64,000 nt of DNA. It comes from Phyllosticta citribraziliensis. Lineage: Eukaryota. Positions 1-11,814 of this stretch are shown piece by piece. Positions within the stretch are counted from its first letter, which is position 1. Each line of letters starts with the position of its first letter. The stretch spans positions 1,488,001 through 1,552,000 of the forward strand of contig NW_027117338.1 in assembly GCF_038025025.1 (NCBI RefSeq), in the 5' to 3' direction. Made by a program: the position numbers and the translations under genes. The notes beneath the pieces are model-generated. The model did not search any database. It was given only the letters and a program-made list of their open reading frames with translations, and was not told where the DNA came from.

Positions 1-178
1 CCGCGTACTGACCCCGTCCGCGTCATCCGCCAGGCGTTCCCATTCTTATTCCGTGCAACCTTTCTTTGGACAGTCGGGTATCCTGCCGACGGTGCTGGCG
101 CATTTGAGAGGAGGTGAGAGAAGCCCTTCTTGCTTCTGCCATGTTGATACGGATCTGACCTATCGAATGCACTTAGCC

Positions 179-2190
179 ATGGGAGACGAACATCCAAGAT
201 CGGAACCACCGCCGCCCGCGGAGACTTTGTCTGAAGAGCCAACGTCCGAAGCGTCGACGTCCCAAGACTCGACGTCCCAAAAGTCATGGACCGAAGAATC
301 AACGTCTGAAAGATCATTGTCCGAAGAGGAAGAGGACTTGCCAAATGTGCCTGCACTCAGCGATGATGAAATCAAAGCCAATGTCGCGGAAGAGTCGCAC
401 CGCGTCGGATGGCCTCGACTGATTCCACTGCCCTGCTGCTTCTTCGATAAATCAGGTGAACAGAACTTTTGGAACTCGTGTAAGGTGCCAACGGTTGAGG
501 GCGTCCTCCTATCAGTCTCAATCAGCAACTTCGACGTGGAAGCTGGTGGGTACACCATCTGTAATGGAAGACAGAACCAAGCTTCCGTCATGACCCTCCT
601 TGTGCGCGTGCACGGCTGCGCAAAGGATGACGGCGGATCTTGGAGCGAAGCAGTCGTACAAATTGCTCGCCTGTTGCCGACCATGGCCTTGGGGGATGAA
701 GCGGTGACGGCTGTCGAGATATGCGAAGCGGGATGGCCGCTGCTGGCACCCATTGAGCACAAAGACCATGTGCTTGACATGTGGGAGAGCGTGCTAGCCC
801 CCGCTGTCCTGAAAATCTTGGATCAGCCGCCGAGCATACTGTGGTGGAACATCAGTCTGGCGCGCTTCGCCTCTTTCGCTTCTGTAACTCCCGGGCCGGT
901 GACACTGATCATCACAGCCTTTGATGCGGCAGATGAGCAGTGGGAACTGAAGTTTTTGCCGCAGATAAAGGCGACAATGAAGGAGATGTGCTGCGGTGTT
1001 AAAGATGTCTCGCTGTGGCAGGTACAGAGATTGCACAATCCTCAACTTGATATCACGCAGAACCTGTTTCCAGACTCCTGGAGAACGGAACAGTGGATGC
1101 TCATCGGTGATGGGATTGCTGCCAAGGGAGAGAAGAATCTGAAGGGGACAGTTGGCGGAGTGGTGAAACTGCAAGCGGCCAGCGGCGAAAAGACTGATTA
1201 TATTCTCACGAGCCTTTGTGCTGTCGGTGACAGGAGATTATTTTCAGGTTAAGGAAACATAAGCTTAGGGGAAGCTTCAGACCACTAACCCGGTTAACAG
1301 CACTTCTGCCCAAAGCCCGCTCCAAACGACCGCAGTCGCACTGTTTTGCTGAACAGCCGTCGCCATTTGCTGTCAAGGTCCCGGCCGATGCGGACACGAC
1401 TGTTGCGCTGAAAGACAATCGCGCCGAATTCCTTCAGCAAAACCTGGAAATCGTCAAGAAGAATTCTGAAAGGCTTTTTGCCAGTCACGCCGACCCAGAG
1501 GAGCGCGCCATGACTGTATTAAAGACGCTCCAAGAACAGAAAGTACGCTGCCAGCAAACAAAAGCCAGAGTCGAGGAATACCGGAAACTGCCCGCCGGCA
1601 CCGTCAAAGCCACGTCCGGCTTTCATGTCCATTCAGACGAGGCGGGCAAGTTGTTTCAGCTTCAGTGGGCGCTGGTCAACATCGACCCCGCGCGCAAGTA
1701 TCTCCCTTTCGTCTTCAACAGAGATAGACCCCGCCAAAACGTTCATCTCGAAGGCCCGTTCGGTCTGCCGCCCTGGGCCACGTCCAACGTCCATCGCTTC
1801 AGGGCGCCCAGCCGCGACATTGACGCGGTCGTCAAGCTCGGTCGAGTGACAGGGTGGTCCACGGGACGACTCAACCATGCACCCGTGTTCTGCAGAAACG
1901 ACCCCAGGCTCGACAAAGTCGACAACTCAGTCTATTGCTGCTACGAGGTTCTCCCGCTTTTTGGTGCCAGTGGCTGGCTTGGCAAGTTTGCTGACTGCGG
2001 CGACTGTGGGTCGGTGATCAAGAACCAGAGCGATGGCAGTTGGATTGGTTTGATCATCGGAGCGCACCCGTCTGGTTGGGCTCTTATGGCTCCGATTGAC
2101 ATGGTCTTGAAGAGTATTGAGGACGTCACGGGTCAGAAGGTGGTTGAGCCGAAACCTGTGGAAGCTCTTGACGGACGGGACGCTGTGTAG
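179..2190 (+). CDS. Fungal Ssy5-like trypsin-fold protease homolog, copy A (catalytic residues degenerate); exons ~179-1247 and 1301-2190
   Basis: ORFs 53..1252 and 1510..2190 join in frame across a 53-nt intron (GTTAAG at 1248, CTAAC branch, CAG at 1300). Motifs GTVGG, ILTSLCAV, QWALV, KLGRVTGWSTG, FADCGDCGS follow the order typical of this fungal trypsin-like family. Start could be ATG 167 or 179. Confidence 0.7.
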
Positions 2191-2206
2191 TCGTCGTTGG
2201 GCGATG

Positions 2207-2356
2207 GGCTTGGTGCAAGGTAGAGCTTGTGAATGCTATTCGTTGCCTTTTCCTATGATTTGCTTTGTGGATACACTTGAATGCCCCAGGGTACCGTGGA
2301 TTACGGTAGCTTGAATGCTTCTGTCGATTGCCTGTTGAAGCGGATGAAAACTCCTT
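2207..2356 (+). repeat. Degenerate 33-bp-unit array between the convergent 3' ends of copies A and B
   Basis: Core-like words at 2231 (gaatgctat), 2279 (gaatgcccc), 2313 (gaatgcttc), 2346 (gaaaactcc), spacing 48/34/33; preceded by ggcttggtgcaagg, which resembles the class I TIR. Confidence 0.45.
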
Positions 2357-2397
2357 ATCTACCTCCAACTTGATTTTGTATATTCGACATACACGGC

Positions 2398-4531
2398 TCA
2401 CTCCAGGGGCACCGGATCCACCACCTCTTCCCCCGTAACGCTCTCAATGCTGTGCATGACCGCCGCTATGGGCGTCATGAGCGCCCACCCCATGCAATGA
2501 GAACCGAACAGAAGTCCCACCCATGCCCCGGTGTAAAAGTCCTTCACGACCGAACCCGAATCCCCGCCAAATGCAAACGGTAGCGGAATCTGCCTGGAGT
2601 CTTCCGGCGTCTCCTCCGCGTAGCGATCAAAAACTTGAAGGCACTCGACAACGGTGCCGTACCTGTCGTGCCAGTCCCCGACTTGATCATCTTTCGCCAG
2701 AGACCTGTAAAAGCACGGCGCCGCGCCCAGTAGTCCGCACGTCCACCCCGTCATGCGTCCAAGCTTGACGACGTTTTGCGACAACTGTGCGTGACGAGAC
2801 CACTTTTGATCCTGGTTGTTTGCCCAGGCTGGAATTTCGAAGTCCCGTTGGACCCCCGGTATCCTCGAGAGAGCGAAGAAAGGCCGGGGCAATTCACTGA
2901 GGAGCCTCTCTGGGTCCACCTCGACGAGGGCCCACTCGAGGGCAAACTTCTTGTCCTCCAAGGCGAGGTGCTGGAAGCCCGACGTGGCGCGCACTGTGCC
3001 CGAAGGGAGCTCGGAGATTTCCACGACCTGAGATATCACCTCCTCGCACCGTGCTATCCCTCTTTTATACCTCTCCACTTCCCTTTTGGCCAACTCGTTC
3101 CCCATGTCCGCCCTGTCGACGCAAGACGGGTGGCCATCATAGCGGACGTGGACTCTCGTGTGCCAATCCTGGATGCTCTTGTTGAGGCGTTTGAGATCGG
3201 CCCTGGATTCGAACGTCGACGGAACTTTTACCGGGTAGGCGATGGAACCCCGGGGCAGACAAATCGATTGCAGTGGAGCTGGTTCGAGATCTATTCGTTT
3301 GTTAGCTCGGCTGACTGATGTCTGGTTGCAACAATGAATGACTGCTCCCTAAGCGCAACTGCGACAGCAAACGAATACTCCCAAACTGTGACTGCAGTAG
3401 TGAATGAATGCTCCTAAAGCGCAACTGCAACAGCAAACAAACACTCCTAAACTCACTTGCAGTGGCAAAGGAACACTCCATAAGCGCAACAGTGGCAGTA
3501 AACGAATACTCCCAAACTGTAATTGCAGTAGCGAATAAATGCTCCCTATACGTAATTGTGACAGCAAATGAATACTCCCAAACTGTAACTACAGCAGCAA
3601 ATGGATGCTCCCTGAGCGCACTCGCATTGCCAGGAGGGAGGACGGTAGGGCATGCTCACTTACTTTGTTGGAGTCCAGGTGTCTTAATGGCTTGAAAGCT
3701 CGTCAGAATGTGAGGACTCGTATCCCCATTATGCTTGGATCTGAGATGGATCAATCCACCCGCAGTGCCAGCGCCATTCTCTTCTCCTGCCGCTCCAATT
3801 CCGTCTCCTACTGACATGACATCACCCCACAAGTGATCATCAAGTTTTGTCGAGTCAGGATCCTCGCGTCCCAGGCCGTCGACCTTCAGCATCTGCCAAA
3901 TGGCCAGTCGACACCGCGTCCCATCCAGAGCGCTCACGATGTCCGCGCGAGCGTTGCTCCAGCCCGAATCGAGAACGTTTGCGGCCTCGATCAGCACCGT
4001 CAGGAAGCGGTCAGAGGAACACACCGAAGAAAAACGGACGAGCTGGAGGCTCTGCCAGAGCATGGACCGACGCTCCAAAATGTCCATCACTCTCGGTGCA
4101 AGCTTGTTCGCCCAGATGTCCACGGCCGCATCCTCGGGCTCGGCGGGCAGCAGTCGAGGATAGCCACGCTCGACCATCTCGACGTGGATCTGAACGTTGT
4201 CGACCAAGAAGTTTTGAAGGCCGCGCACGATACGTAGGACCGCGTTGCGCCAAGAAGCCTTCCCAGAGCCCTTGTTGTGAGCTTCGATGCGGAACATTGG
4301 AACCGTGGAAGAGGTTCCAGCCGTACGCTGGCGAACAAGAGCGAAGCGGTGAACCTCGACTGATTGCGCAACAAGGATGTCGTGAACGATTCCATCTGCC
4401 TCCTCCCAATCCTTCTCTTCTTGACGGTTGCAGGCTCTGAACGAAGAAGGCAATGGCTGCAGAACAGGCCACCCAACACGGTAAGTTTCTTCAACAATGT
4501 GCTGATCCACCTCTTCATCAGTACTTGCCAT
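2398..4531 (-). CDS. Fungal Ssy5-like trypsin-fold protease homolog, copy B; exons 4531-3664 and 3290-2398
   Basis: ORFs 3656..4600 and 2398..3105 join in frame across a 373-nt intron (GTAAGT at 3663, GCTAAC branch, TAG at 3291), same phase and position as the copy A intron. Motifs EETYRVGWP, GTAGG, ILTSFQAI, EWALV, KLGRMTGWTCG, GGDSGS. Confidence 0.72.
3333..3631 (+). repeat. Tandem array of nine 33-bp units (core GAATRCTCC) inside the copy B intron
   Basis: Cores start at 3340, 3373, 3406, 3439, 3471, 3504, 3537, 3570, 3603 (period 33, one 32). Confidence 0.92.
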
Positions 4532-4570
4532 TCTGGGCTGAGGAGGGGGCCTTGGCCGAAGGTGAGGATC

Positions 4571-4690
4571 CGAGGCCTGGTAGCAAAAGTCGTGGCACAC
4601 GATCCTAAGGTTATGCGGATCAGGGCGTGAATGCTCCCGATGACTGTTCTCTTAGACTCTTGAATGCTCCTAGACGCGTACTCTAGTCTA
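4571..4690 (+). mobile_element. Class I TIR element, left end plus two 33-bp units (no right TIR seen)
   Basis: cgaggcctggtagcaaaagtcgtggcacacg (4571-4601) matches 46147-46177 at 30/31; gaatgctcc at 4629 and 4662. Confidence 0.7.
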
Positions 4691-5620
4691 GAATGGTCTG
4701 AATGTTCGTTATTGGAAAGCGCGCCGGCATGTGGAGAGGGAGTAGTAGTAATTTTGCTTGTAGGCGGGAGGGGCGAGCTTTATAAGGGCTGAGTAGCCCC
4801 GCGGATGGCAGTTTTGACCAGGAAGCGAGGAGCGCGTTGAACCGTGGAATCACAGACTTCTCAGCATCGCCTCCAATCAACAATGCCATTTTCTGTTGAG
4901 TCTGTTTGTTTGTGGAAGCGCATTCAAATGGAAGGGCCTCATGGCGCCCATTGAAGCCGTCTTGTTATGGACGTCGACAAGCAAGACCAAGTTTGGGGGC
5001 AAAGGGGGAGCGTTCACTTCAACGAGTACTTTCCAGGAAGCACTCAAGCCACCGTATCCAGAGTACGGAGGAGGCGATGTTGGATGGTCGACTGAAGAGT
5101 GGAAACGTGCGTGAAAGAGAATCCGTAAAAGCAGGCACCTGTCTGTCCATCAGCCTGTGCCATTTCCCACTGCCATCAGAACAAATCACTTCCGAGCGAA
5201 AAGAGACCCACCAAGCACAAGAAACTCAGAGTCCCATAGATACAAACATACCACGGTACGATACCAAGCCATGCCCTGACCATGCAGTGATCTACTACGA
5301 ACTACTACTGCTTATTCCACTGATTTAGCTTGACTACATACATCCCATCCCGCGTCCCATCTGACGGTCTGGTGGCTGACCTGTGATCCGCAGTCCCTTG
5401 CCTTTCCCATTCATACCGATTGATTGATTGATTCCCATGCAACGAGTAACCTGTCCATGTCCTTAAACCCTGGTTAACCCGTGAAAGACTAATGTGCCTG
5501 AACGCTCGACGCAAACGAAAAAGAAAGAAGTGATACATGCCACGTAAGGAGTCATGGTAAAAGAAGATGATGCTTCTGCAACGCAACGAGAGACCCCATT
5601 GGGGCAACAGCCATGTTGGC

Positions 5621-8132
5621 CTATGCCGATGGCGCAGCACTGCTGCCGCCACCGTTGTTGTCGCCTCCCCCGCTTCCGGCTCCATCTTGGGCCGGCCTGC
5701 TTACTAGGGTCGGTGCAATCCTTCTCTTCTTTGGCTCTGGCTGTTTATCCGATCCGCTCTCGGTGTCGCCCTCCCTCTTCAGATTCCGAGATGATTCGTC
5801 TTCGGCCTTGTCTTCCGTACCCTCTTTCCTGGCAGCCGGTACAGCTGGCGCTGCAGCAGGAGGCGGCGGAGCGACGCTACTTCCACTCACCGAGTTGGCA
5901 GCGCTGGCGTTGGCAGTGCCGGGCATGGGCGTGTGGGGAGGCGTCCACATGGGCATCGACCCAGAGGGATTTGCTGCCGCGACACCGGGAACGGCACTGA
6001 TGGAAGGAGTCTGATTGCTGAGCGCCACGTTGGGATCTGGGCCGGGTGCAAACGACGACTGTGTTGCAATCGAGGAGCATGACATTGAACGAGCGGGGCT
6101 AGCCGGTCGAGCAGGCGCGAATGATGCTGGTGATGCGGGGAATGTCGTGCCAGATTGCGAAGGTTGCTTGGCCATGGGCACAGTGGCTTGTGTTGGTGTT
6201 GGGGTAGGCGTTGATTGGTTCGAGGTAGCCGCGGCGATGTTGATGGAAGTTGGCTGTTGGTGCTTGGCTGGTCCGGGATGCACTTGTCCAAGTTCGCCGG
6301 GCTGGAATGTGAGGCACGAGCAGAATCCATCCGAAGAGGTCATGAGAAGCGTGTGGCCGTCATTGGTCCTACAAACAAGTCAGAAAATACTCCCAAGCGA
6401 GAGTCAAAACCACTTACCATGTAAGATCGGTAAACGTGGCGAAGTGCAGATTGCTGACAATACACAGCGGCTTCTGCTGTTGTGTATCGTAAATGTGGAC
6501 GGCGTCCTGGGTAGCTACGGCGTAAATCATGCGATAGGGCAAGCTGAACGCCGCAGTGGGCCCTGCCGGCACAGGTGATGCGGCTGCACCGGACGATGAA
6601 TCAGGCCGGGGCGAAGCAGCCGCGGCGCTTGGAGACGGCGATGGCACACTCGTAAATGGAGGTGGATCCATCGACGACGTGGAGATGGCCTTGGACTGCT
6701 GCATCACAGGCTCCGGGAGGGCCGGGATCTCATCTTCGGCTGAGGATGTGTCGATTGTAATGTGTTTGGTGGGCGGAGGCGATTCTCGCAGCGTGTAGTA
6801 CACGGGGGAACACTTGACAGCAACTGAAGGTTTCTTGTGGCCTGGTAGGTACGCGATTGGAGGCTTGTTCAGGCCTGCTCGCGTGTAAATGTAAACAGTG
6901 TTGATAATGTCGTCGGACGTTTTGGCGGCATCCGAGCTTGACGGGTGCGAGGTCTTGTACTGTCCGGCGGGAGTGAACAACAAGCTTCCGTCCGGAGCAA
7001 AGGTTAGTCGCCGGAAGAAGGAGGTCAATGTCTCATTGGCGTAGATGTTGGCGTTGCGCACAGACAGCCCGGCGTGGATATTTGGTGATGTTGAAGGCAT
7101 CACGGCAGGTAGCGGCATGGAAGAAGGCGCGGGGGATGCCGATCGCCGCGAGGACCCAAATGAAGATCTTCGACTGTGAGATGTGGGAGGATTCATTGGC
7201 AAAGCAAGCGATGCAGGAGTTCCGGGAGCTGAAGGGCCGGGCGAGCTCGCTGTTGGATTCGGGGTATCTGCCACAAACGAGGCGCGGGAGCCAAAATCCG
7301 GTGGAGCAGGACTGCTGGAAGAGATGCGGCGTGCTGGCAAGTCCATTTTGGTGACCTTGTTGTGCTGCGCCAGGGAGAATTGCCCATCCTTGGTTTTTAA
7401 TGTGTAGATATGGACCGAACGGTCGGAGGACTGCGTAGCCACGAACTCGTTCAGAGGATCCCAGGCCACGCCTTGGACGTAATGGCTGTGCTCAGCAATT
7501 TGGCGGACGACCTGACCTGTACGCATGTTAGAGAGGCTCCATCTTTCATGCTCGATATTCGTACCATTCTGAGAATTGTAGATTCGGGCAATGTTGTCCA
7601 TGCTCCCCGTTATGAAAAACGACCCGTCGGGAGACCACGCCAGGTCGTAAATCTCCGAGCCCAGGGAGCGGCACATGTGCTTCACCCTCCATGTCTCTTT
7701 ATCTTCCAGGCCCTCTTCTCCAAATGTGCCCGAAGTCTGCACCTCCGAGGGGACCCAGAGCAAGACGTTTCCATCGTCGCCTGCGCTGCCCAGCAGCTCG
7801 CCTAGGTTGTGTGTCAGAACGGATGGGATGTGGACGACGGGACGGGTGATTCGTACCTCGGGGACACCAGCGAACGACATTGACGGCTTGGGTGTGCTTG
7901 ACCAAGGTGGAGAGGTAGTTTACTTTGCGGTCTTCGCCAGAGCCTTCAATCTTCCAGAGCTGGGCGAGATTGTTAGCGGTGGAGGCATTGCGAATGGTTG
8001 CATTCAGCTTACCCGAACATTGTTGTCACCGCCAGCGGTTGCGAGACGGCCCTTTCCGTGCGGCTCGAAGTGGGCTGAATAGATGGCGGCATTGTCGTTG
8101 TGCCATGAGACGAGCAGTGGAGCAGCCTTCAT
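5621..8132 (-). CDS. CAC2: Chromatin assembly factor 1 subunit B (WD40; Cac2/p60), multi-exon
   Basis: N-terminus MKAAPLLVSWHNDNAAIYSAHFEPHGKGRLATAGGDNNVR; WD repeats with IYDLAWSPD, HYVQGVAWDP, FFRRLTFAPDG, NLHFATFTDLTW; C-terminal KKRRIAPTLV. Confidence 0.92.
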
Positions 8133-8651
8133 GTTGGCCGAGGAGGTGGGGAGAGGAAAGAGGTTGGACGGATCAAGAGCAGCAGAGGCAGGCTGGAGCC
8201 CGCAGGTGACGAGGGTGAGAAGCAAGGAGACGAGGTGTTGCGCGGAGAATAGTGAGCAAGGTAAGTACAGTACCGGGGTAGCACTGTAGAACGGGACCGT
8301 GGGCCAACGGGCAGAGAGCTAGGTCGGCGGATCAGGAGCAGGCGAGACTGGACGACGCATCAATGAAGGTGACACGGAGCCGGCTGAAACGAGGCTGGAG
8401 GGTGGTGGTGGTTGGCAATGGAACAGAAAGCAAACCAAAGGCCGATGGTGATGGCGCGGTGGACTGGCCGTGGACTGGACGGACGCGAAGCTTGGATTAA
8501 GTTGGCCCGGGTCGGGTTGGGGTCAGTCAGCACCCACTTCACCTCGACCACACGCGTCTGTCCCATTTGCTTGCTGCATCCGGCATTATTTCCGAAACTC
8601 TCTTTCGACAGTCAGCACCACCGTTACATTCTACCAACATTACTTTCTCTC

Positions 8652-11600
8652 TCACACGTCCACCTCGACCGCCTCGGTCAGGCTTATGCTTGTTCCTGCC
8701 GAGCCTGCTTGCAGCTTCTGAGCCTGAACCACGCCTCCCGACGATCCTGCGCTCCCCCGTCCCAGCACCTTGACCCCCTCGATTACCGCGCCCGAGTTGT
8801 ATCCAAAACTGCCCGATGTCGACAGCCGCTGCCCATCGAAATTGAATTGAATCTCGCTCGTCGTCGCCTGCTCAATCGACTCGCCGTCGTCCAGATACAG
8901 ACTCCCCGTCGCCTTGCCATCCAGCCCAGGCGCAATGATCAACGTGAAGTTTTGTCGCCGCAGCTCTGCTGTCGTGTTGGCCGATTTCACACGCAGCGGG
9001 ATGATGCTGCCGCCCCGAATGTGCAGCGGTATCGACGTGTAAGGCACTTGGGTAAGCAAAACGTACGATCCGTTCCCTCGCACGGCAGCGCCTGTCCAAA
9101 AGTCGTAGAAAATGTCGTTTGGCAGGTACATGGACACGCTGGTGCTGTCCTCGTCCGTCACAGGGCTGACCAGCAGCGAGTCGCCGTAAAAGTACTGCAG
9201 GTCGATCGCAAAGGTATTGACGTCTTCAGGGTACAAAAAGTACAGCGGGTTGATGGACGGAATCCCCGTCACCGTCTGTCGGTGAAGAGCAGTGTAGTAA
9301 TAGTCAAGCAGGCGATACCTCGCGTCGATGGCCGTCTTCGCGGCTTCTGCGACCAGCGGCCAACGGTAGAATTCCTGCGGAATCGACTCGTCGCTGTTGT
9401 GGTTCTAGCATTCCGTCAGCTCCCTGTCCACGCCTCACTCGACAAAGAAACTCACCCTGTAAAAAGGCGAAAACGCTCCCAGCGTGGCCCAACGTGCGCA
9501 CAGCGTCTCCGTCGTGTTGCCGTTGAAACCGCAAACGTCCGAGCCCACCATTGGAACCTGAAACAATGCAGCAAATTGCAGCAGCTCGGCGATTGAGATT
9601 CTGTACCAGAACCACCCGGAGTAGTTGTCTCCGAGCCAGTGCCCGACGTCCCTTCCTGCGCCAGCAAAGGTGCTCCGCGTGATGACCAGGGGTCGTTTGC
9701 CGGGCCTGCGATTCAGCATCGCCGTCCTGCTTGCCGTCGACATCATCGTGCCGTAGAGGTTATGCGCGTCGTACTCGGTGACGCCGTTGTAGTGAACCAC
9801 GTCGGTGAAGATTGTCAGATTCGAAAGCGCGCCAGCTACGTTGTTGATGCGGTACGGTGGATTCAGCAAATCGCGGAAACGATATCCAGTCTGTGGTCCC
9901 CGGTCTCGCTCCATCAACATCCTAATCTGCTTTCGCGACCTTGGCTGGAAATCCGATGGAAATCCGGGAATAGGTCTGCCAGAATTCTCACGCACTGCCG
10001 GAGGATCCGGAGGCGACCTGTTCTGTCGGGCAAAGCCGTAGGGGTCCTGGCATGGGTATGTACAGAAGTTGGATGCTTCGTTCATGTCGATCCACAGGGC
10101 ATCAATGTCGACACCGCTCTCGGCACTGAAGAAGCGCAGAAACTCGCCGTTCCAATAGTCGGTCACGTTCGGGTGAAACCAATCTGGGAAGACGGCTGGG
10201 CCTGGCCACACTACGCCGACAAAGTAATCCCCTCCTTGTTCTTTAAGAAAGACGTCTGCGGCAGCCCCGTTGTCGTAGGCAGTGTTGTTCTTGTAGGCGA
10301 CTGCGGGATCCACCATCATGATGTAGTGCTGCTGATGCGCGTGCAGATAGTCGACCAGCTCTCGCACCTTGTCCAAGGGGAATCTTCGAGGATCCAACGT
10401 GAACACCTTGCGGTAATCCATGTAATCAATGTCCGTCCACATGGTCTCCAGAGGGATGCCCGCCTGGGAGTAGTTGGCAATCGCTTCTGCCACATCGTAC
10501 ACATCGCGGTACCCGTATCTACAGTTGTGGAAGCCCAGGCTCCAGTAGCTGTGCATGGCGGGGAGACCAACCACCCCAGCGTACTGTTGGCTGACTTCCC
10601 TAGGCGATGGACCCGCGAGGAAGTAAAGATCAACGATCCCGCCCAGCGTGTTGTACTCCAGATACTGGCTTCCAGCGCTGTCTTTGTTGATCTTGATGTC
10701 CATGCCGTTGGAGTTGAGGAGAAAAACGCCATGCGTGCCCGAGCTTCCACGGTGGTCAAAGTACACCGGGTGATTTCCGTACAGATTGGTCCCTGGAAGA
10801 ACATTGGGAGCATCCCGACTCCATAGAGTGCGGATGTAATTAGTAGTATTAAGACGAACTGCAGGTCAAATCAGCTGTTAAGCCTTCATCGGATTTCCGG
10901 ACGTTCAAGACTCACAAGGATCTGTGTGCTCTCCCAACCCGTACAGGTACGGATTGTCTGGGAGTCGTGTTCGCAGGCGCAGATATTGCGTTTGAAAGAT
11001 TAGGTTGTACCCCGAAGTGTCGAAGAGGGTTTCGTTTGAGCCCTTGCGGACGACTTTAAACCAGAACGGACTTTGCTGGATTTGGAATTGAATGTTGGAG
11101 TCCGCAGGTGCCACAGAGGCATTACTTGAAGGCCGCGATACGACCGTCTCAGGCACTTGGTAAACATTTTCTGATGTGTCGAATATTTTGACATGCAGAC
11201 GGTCCGCTGTGTATTGTCAGCCCCTGCTACCAATCTGCCCGCTGAAATGAACGACTGCTCCTTAAGCGCAACTGTAGCAGCGAATGAACGCTCCCTAGAT
11301 GCACTCGCATTGCCTGAAAGTCTCATTTCTTTCGACACCACTGTGTCCGCCCAAGGACTGTTTCAATCTCAAGCCTTCCGGCCATTTCCGAGGCACTGCG
11401 CCGGGCTCCAAGACATCCAAGCAGAATTGCCATGTTTTTTGCAAAGTGCACCAAACAGGCGCGAACTGACATCCGACCAATTCAAGAAGGTGACGACAAG
11501 AAAAGCCTGGCGTGCGCCAATGCTTACTTACCGGTTTGGTATTCTACACGCAGTTTCAGTTCTGTCAGATCCCGGCCGTAGGTGTTGCACGCGGTTCCGG

Positions 11601-11814
11601 CAAGCCTCAAGTCAGCCGTCAAGCTAGAGCCGCGATCCTGGACATTTGACGCCGTGTATCCGGGGCAGCTGTCAATAGGCAAGGCGATGGGCCTCCGCTG
11701 GCCGGGGATGAATGGCGGATTCGGCGGGGGTGATGTCGGGCTCTGCGGTTCTGGAGTCGTGTAGCACGACGAAAAGAAGAAGCAGCAGGCCAGCAAAAGC
11801 CGCTCCCGAATCAT
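8652..11814 (-). CDS. Secreted glycoside hydrolase family 31 alpha-glucosidase, multi-exon
   Basis: Signal-peptide-like N-terminus; GH31 motifs [11 protein letters not shown] (nucleophile), HWLGDN (acid/base), [20 protein letters not shown]. First intron is 11531-11207 (325 nt). Confidence 0.95.
11246..11345 (+). mobile_element. Class II element remnant (two 33-bp units plus right TIR) in GH31 intron 1
   Basis: Cores at 11253 and 11286; start and end match the first and last units of the 3333-3631 array (ctgctccYtaagcgcaactg; gcactcgcattgcc); followed by gtctcatttctttcgacaccactgtg, the class II right TIR. Confidence 0.75.

Noticed and set aside
3340..3612. Array core as TEA/AbaA (CATTCY) binding sites
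   Set aside because: Most cores are preceded by T or C rather than a purine and many are GAATAC or GACTGC, so they do not fit the consensus.
3333..3631. CRISPR array
   Set aside because: Eukaryotic context, no cas genes, a core of only ~9-12 bp, and intervening segments related to one another rather than unique spacers. Reported as a repeat array instead.
3349..3695. Short ORFs over the array (11-codon periodicity)
   Set aside because: They lie in an intron with good splice signals, and a 32-bp unit shifts the frame.
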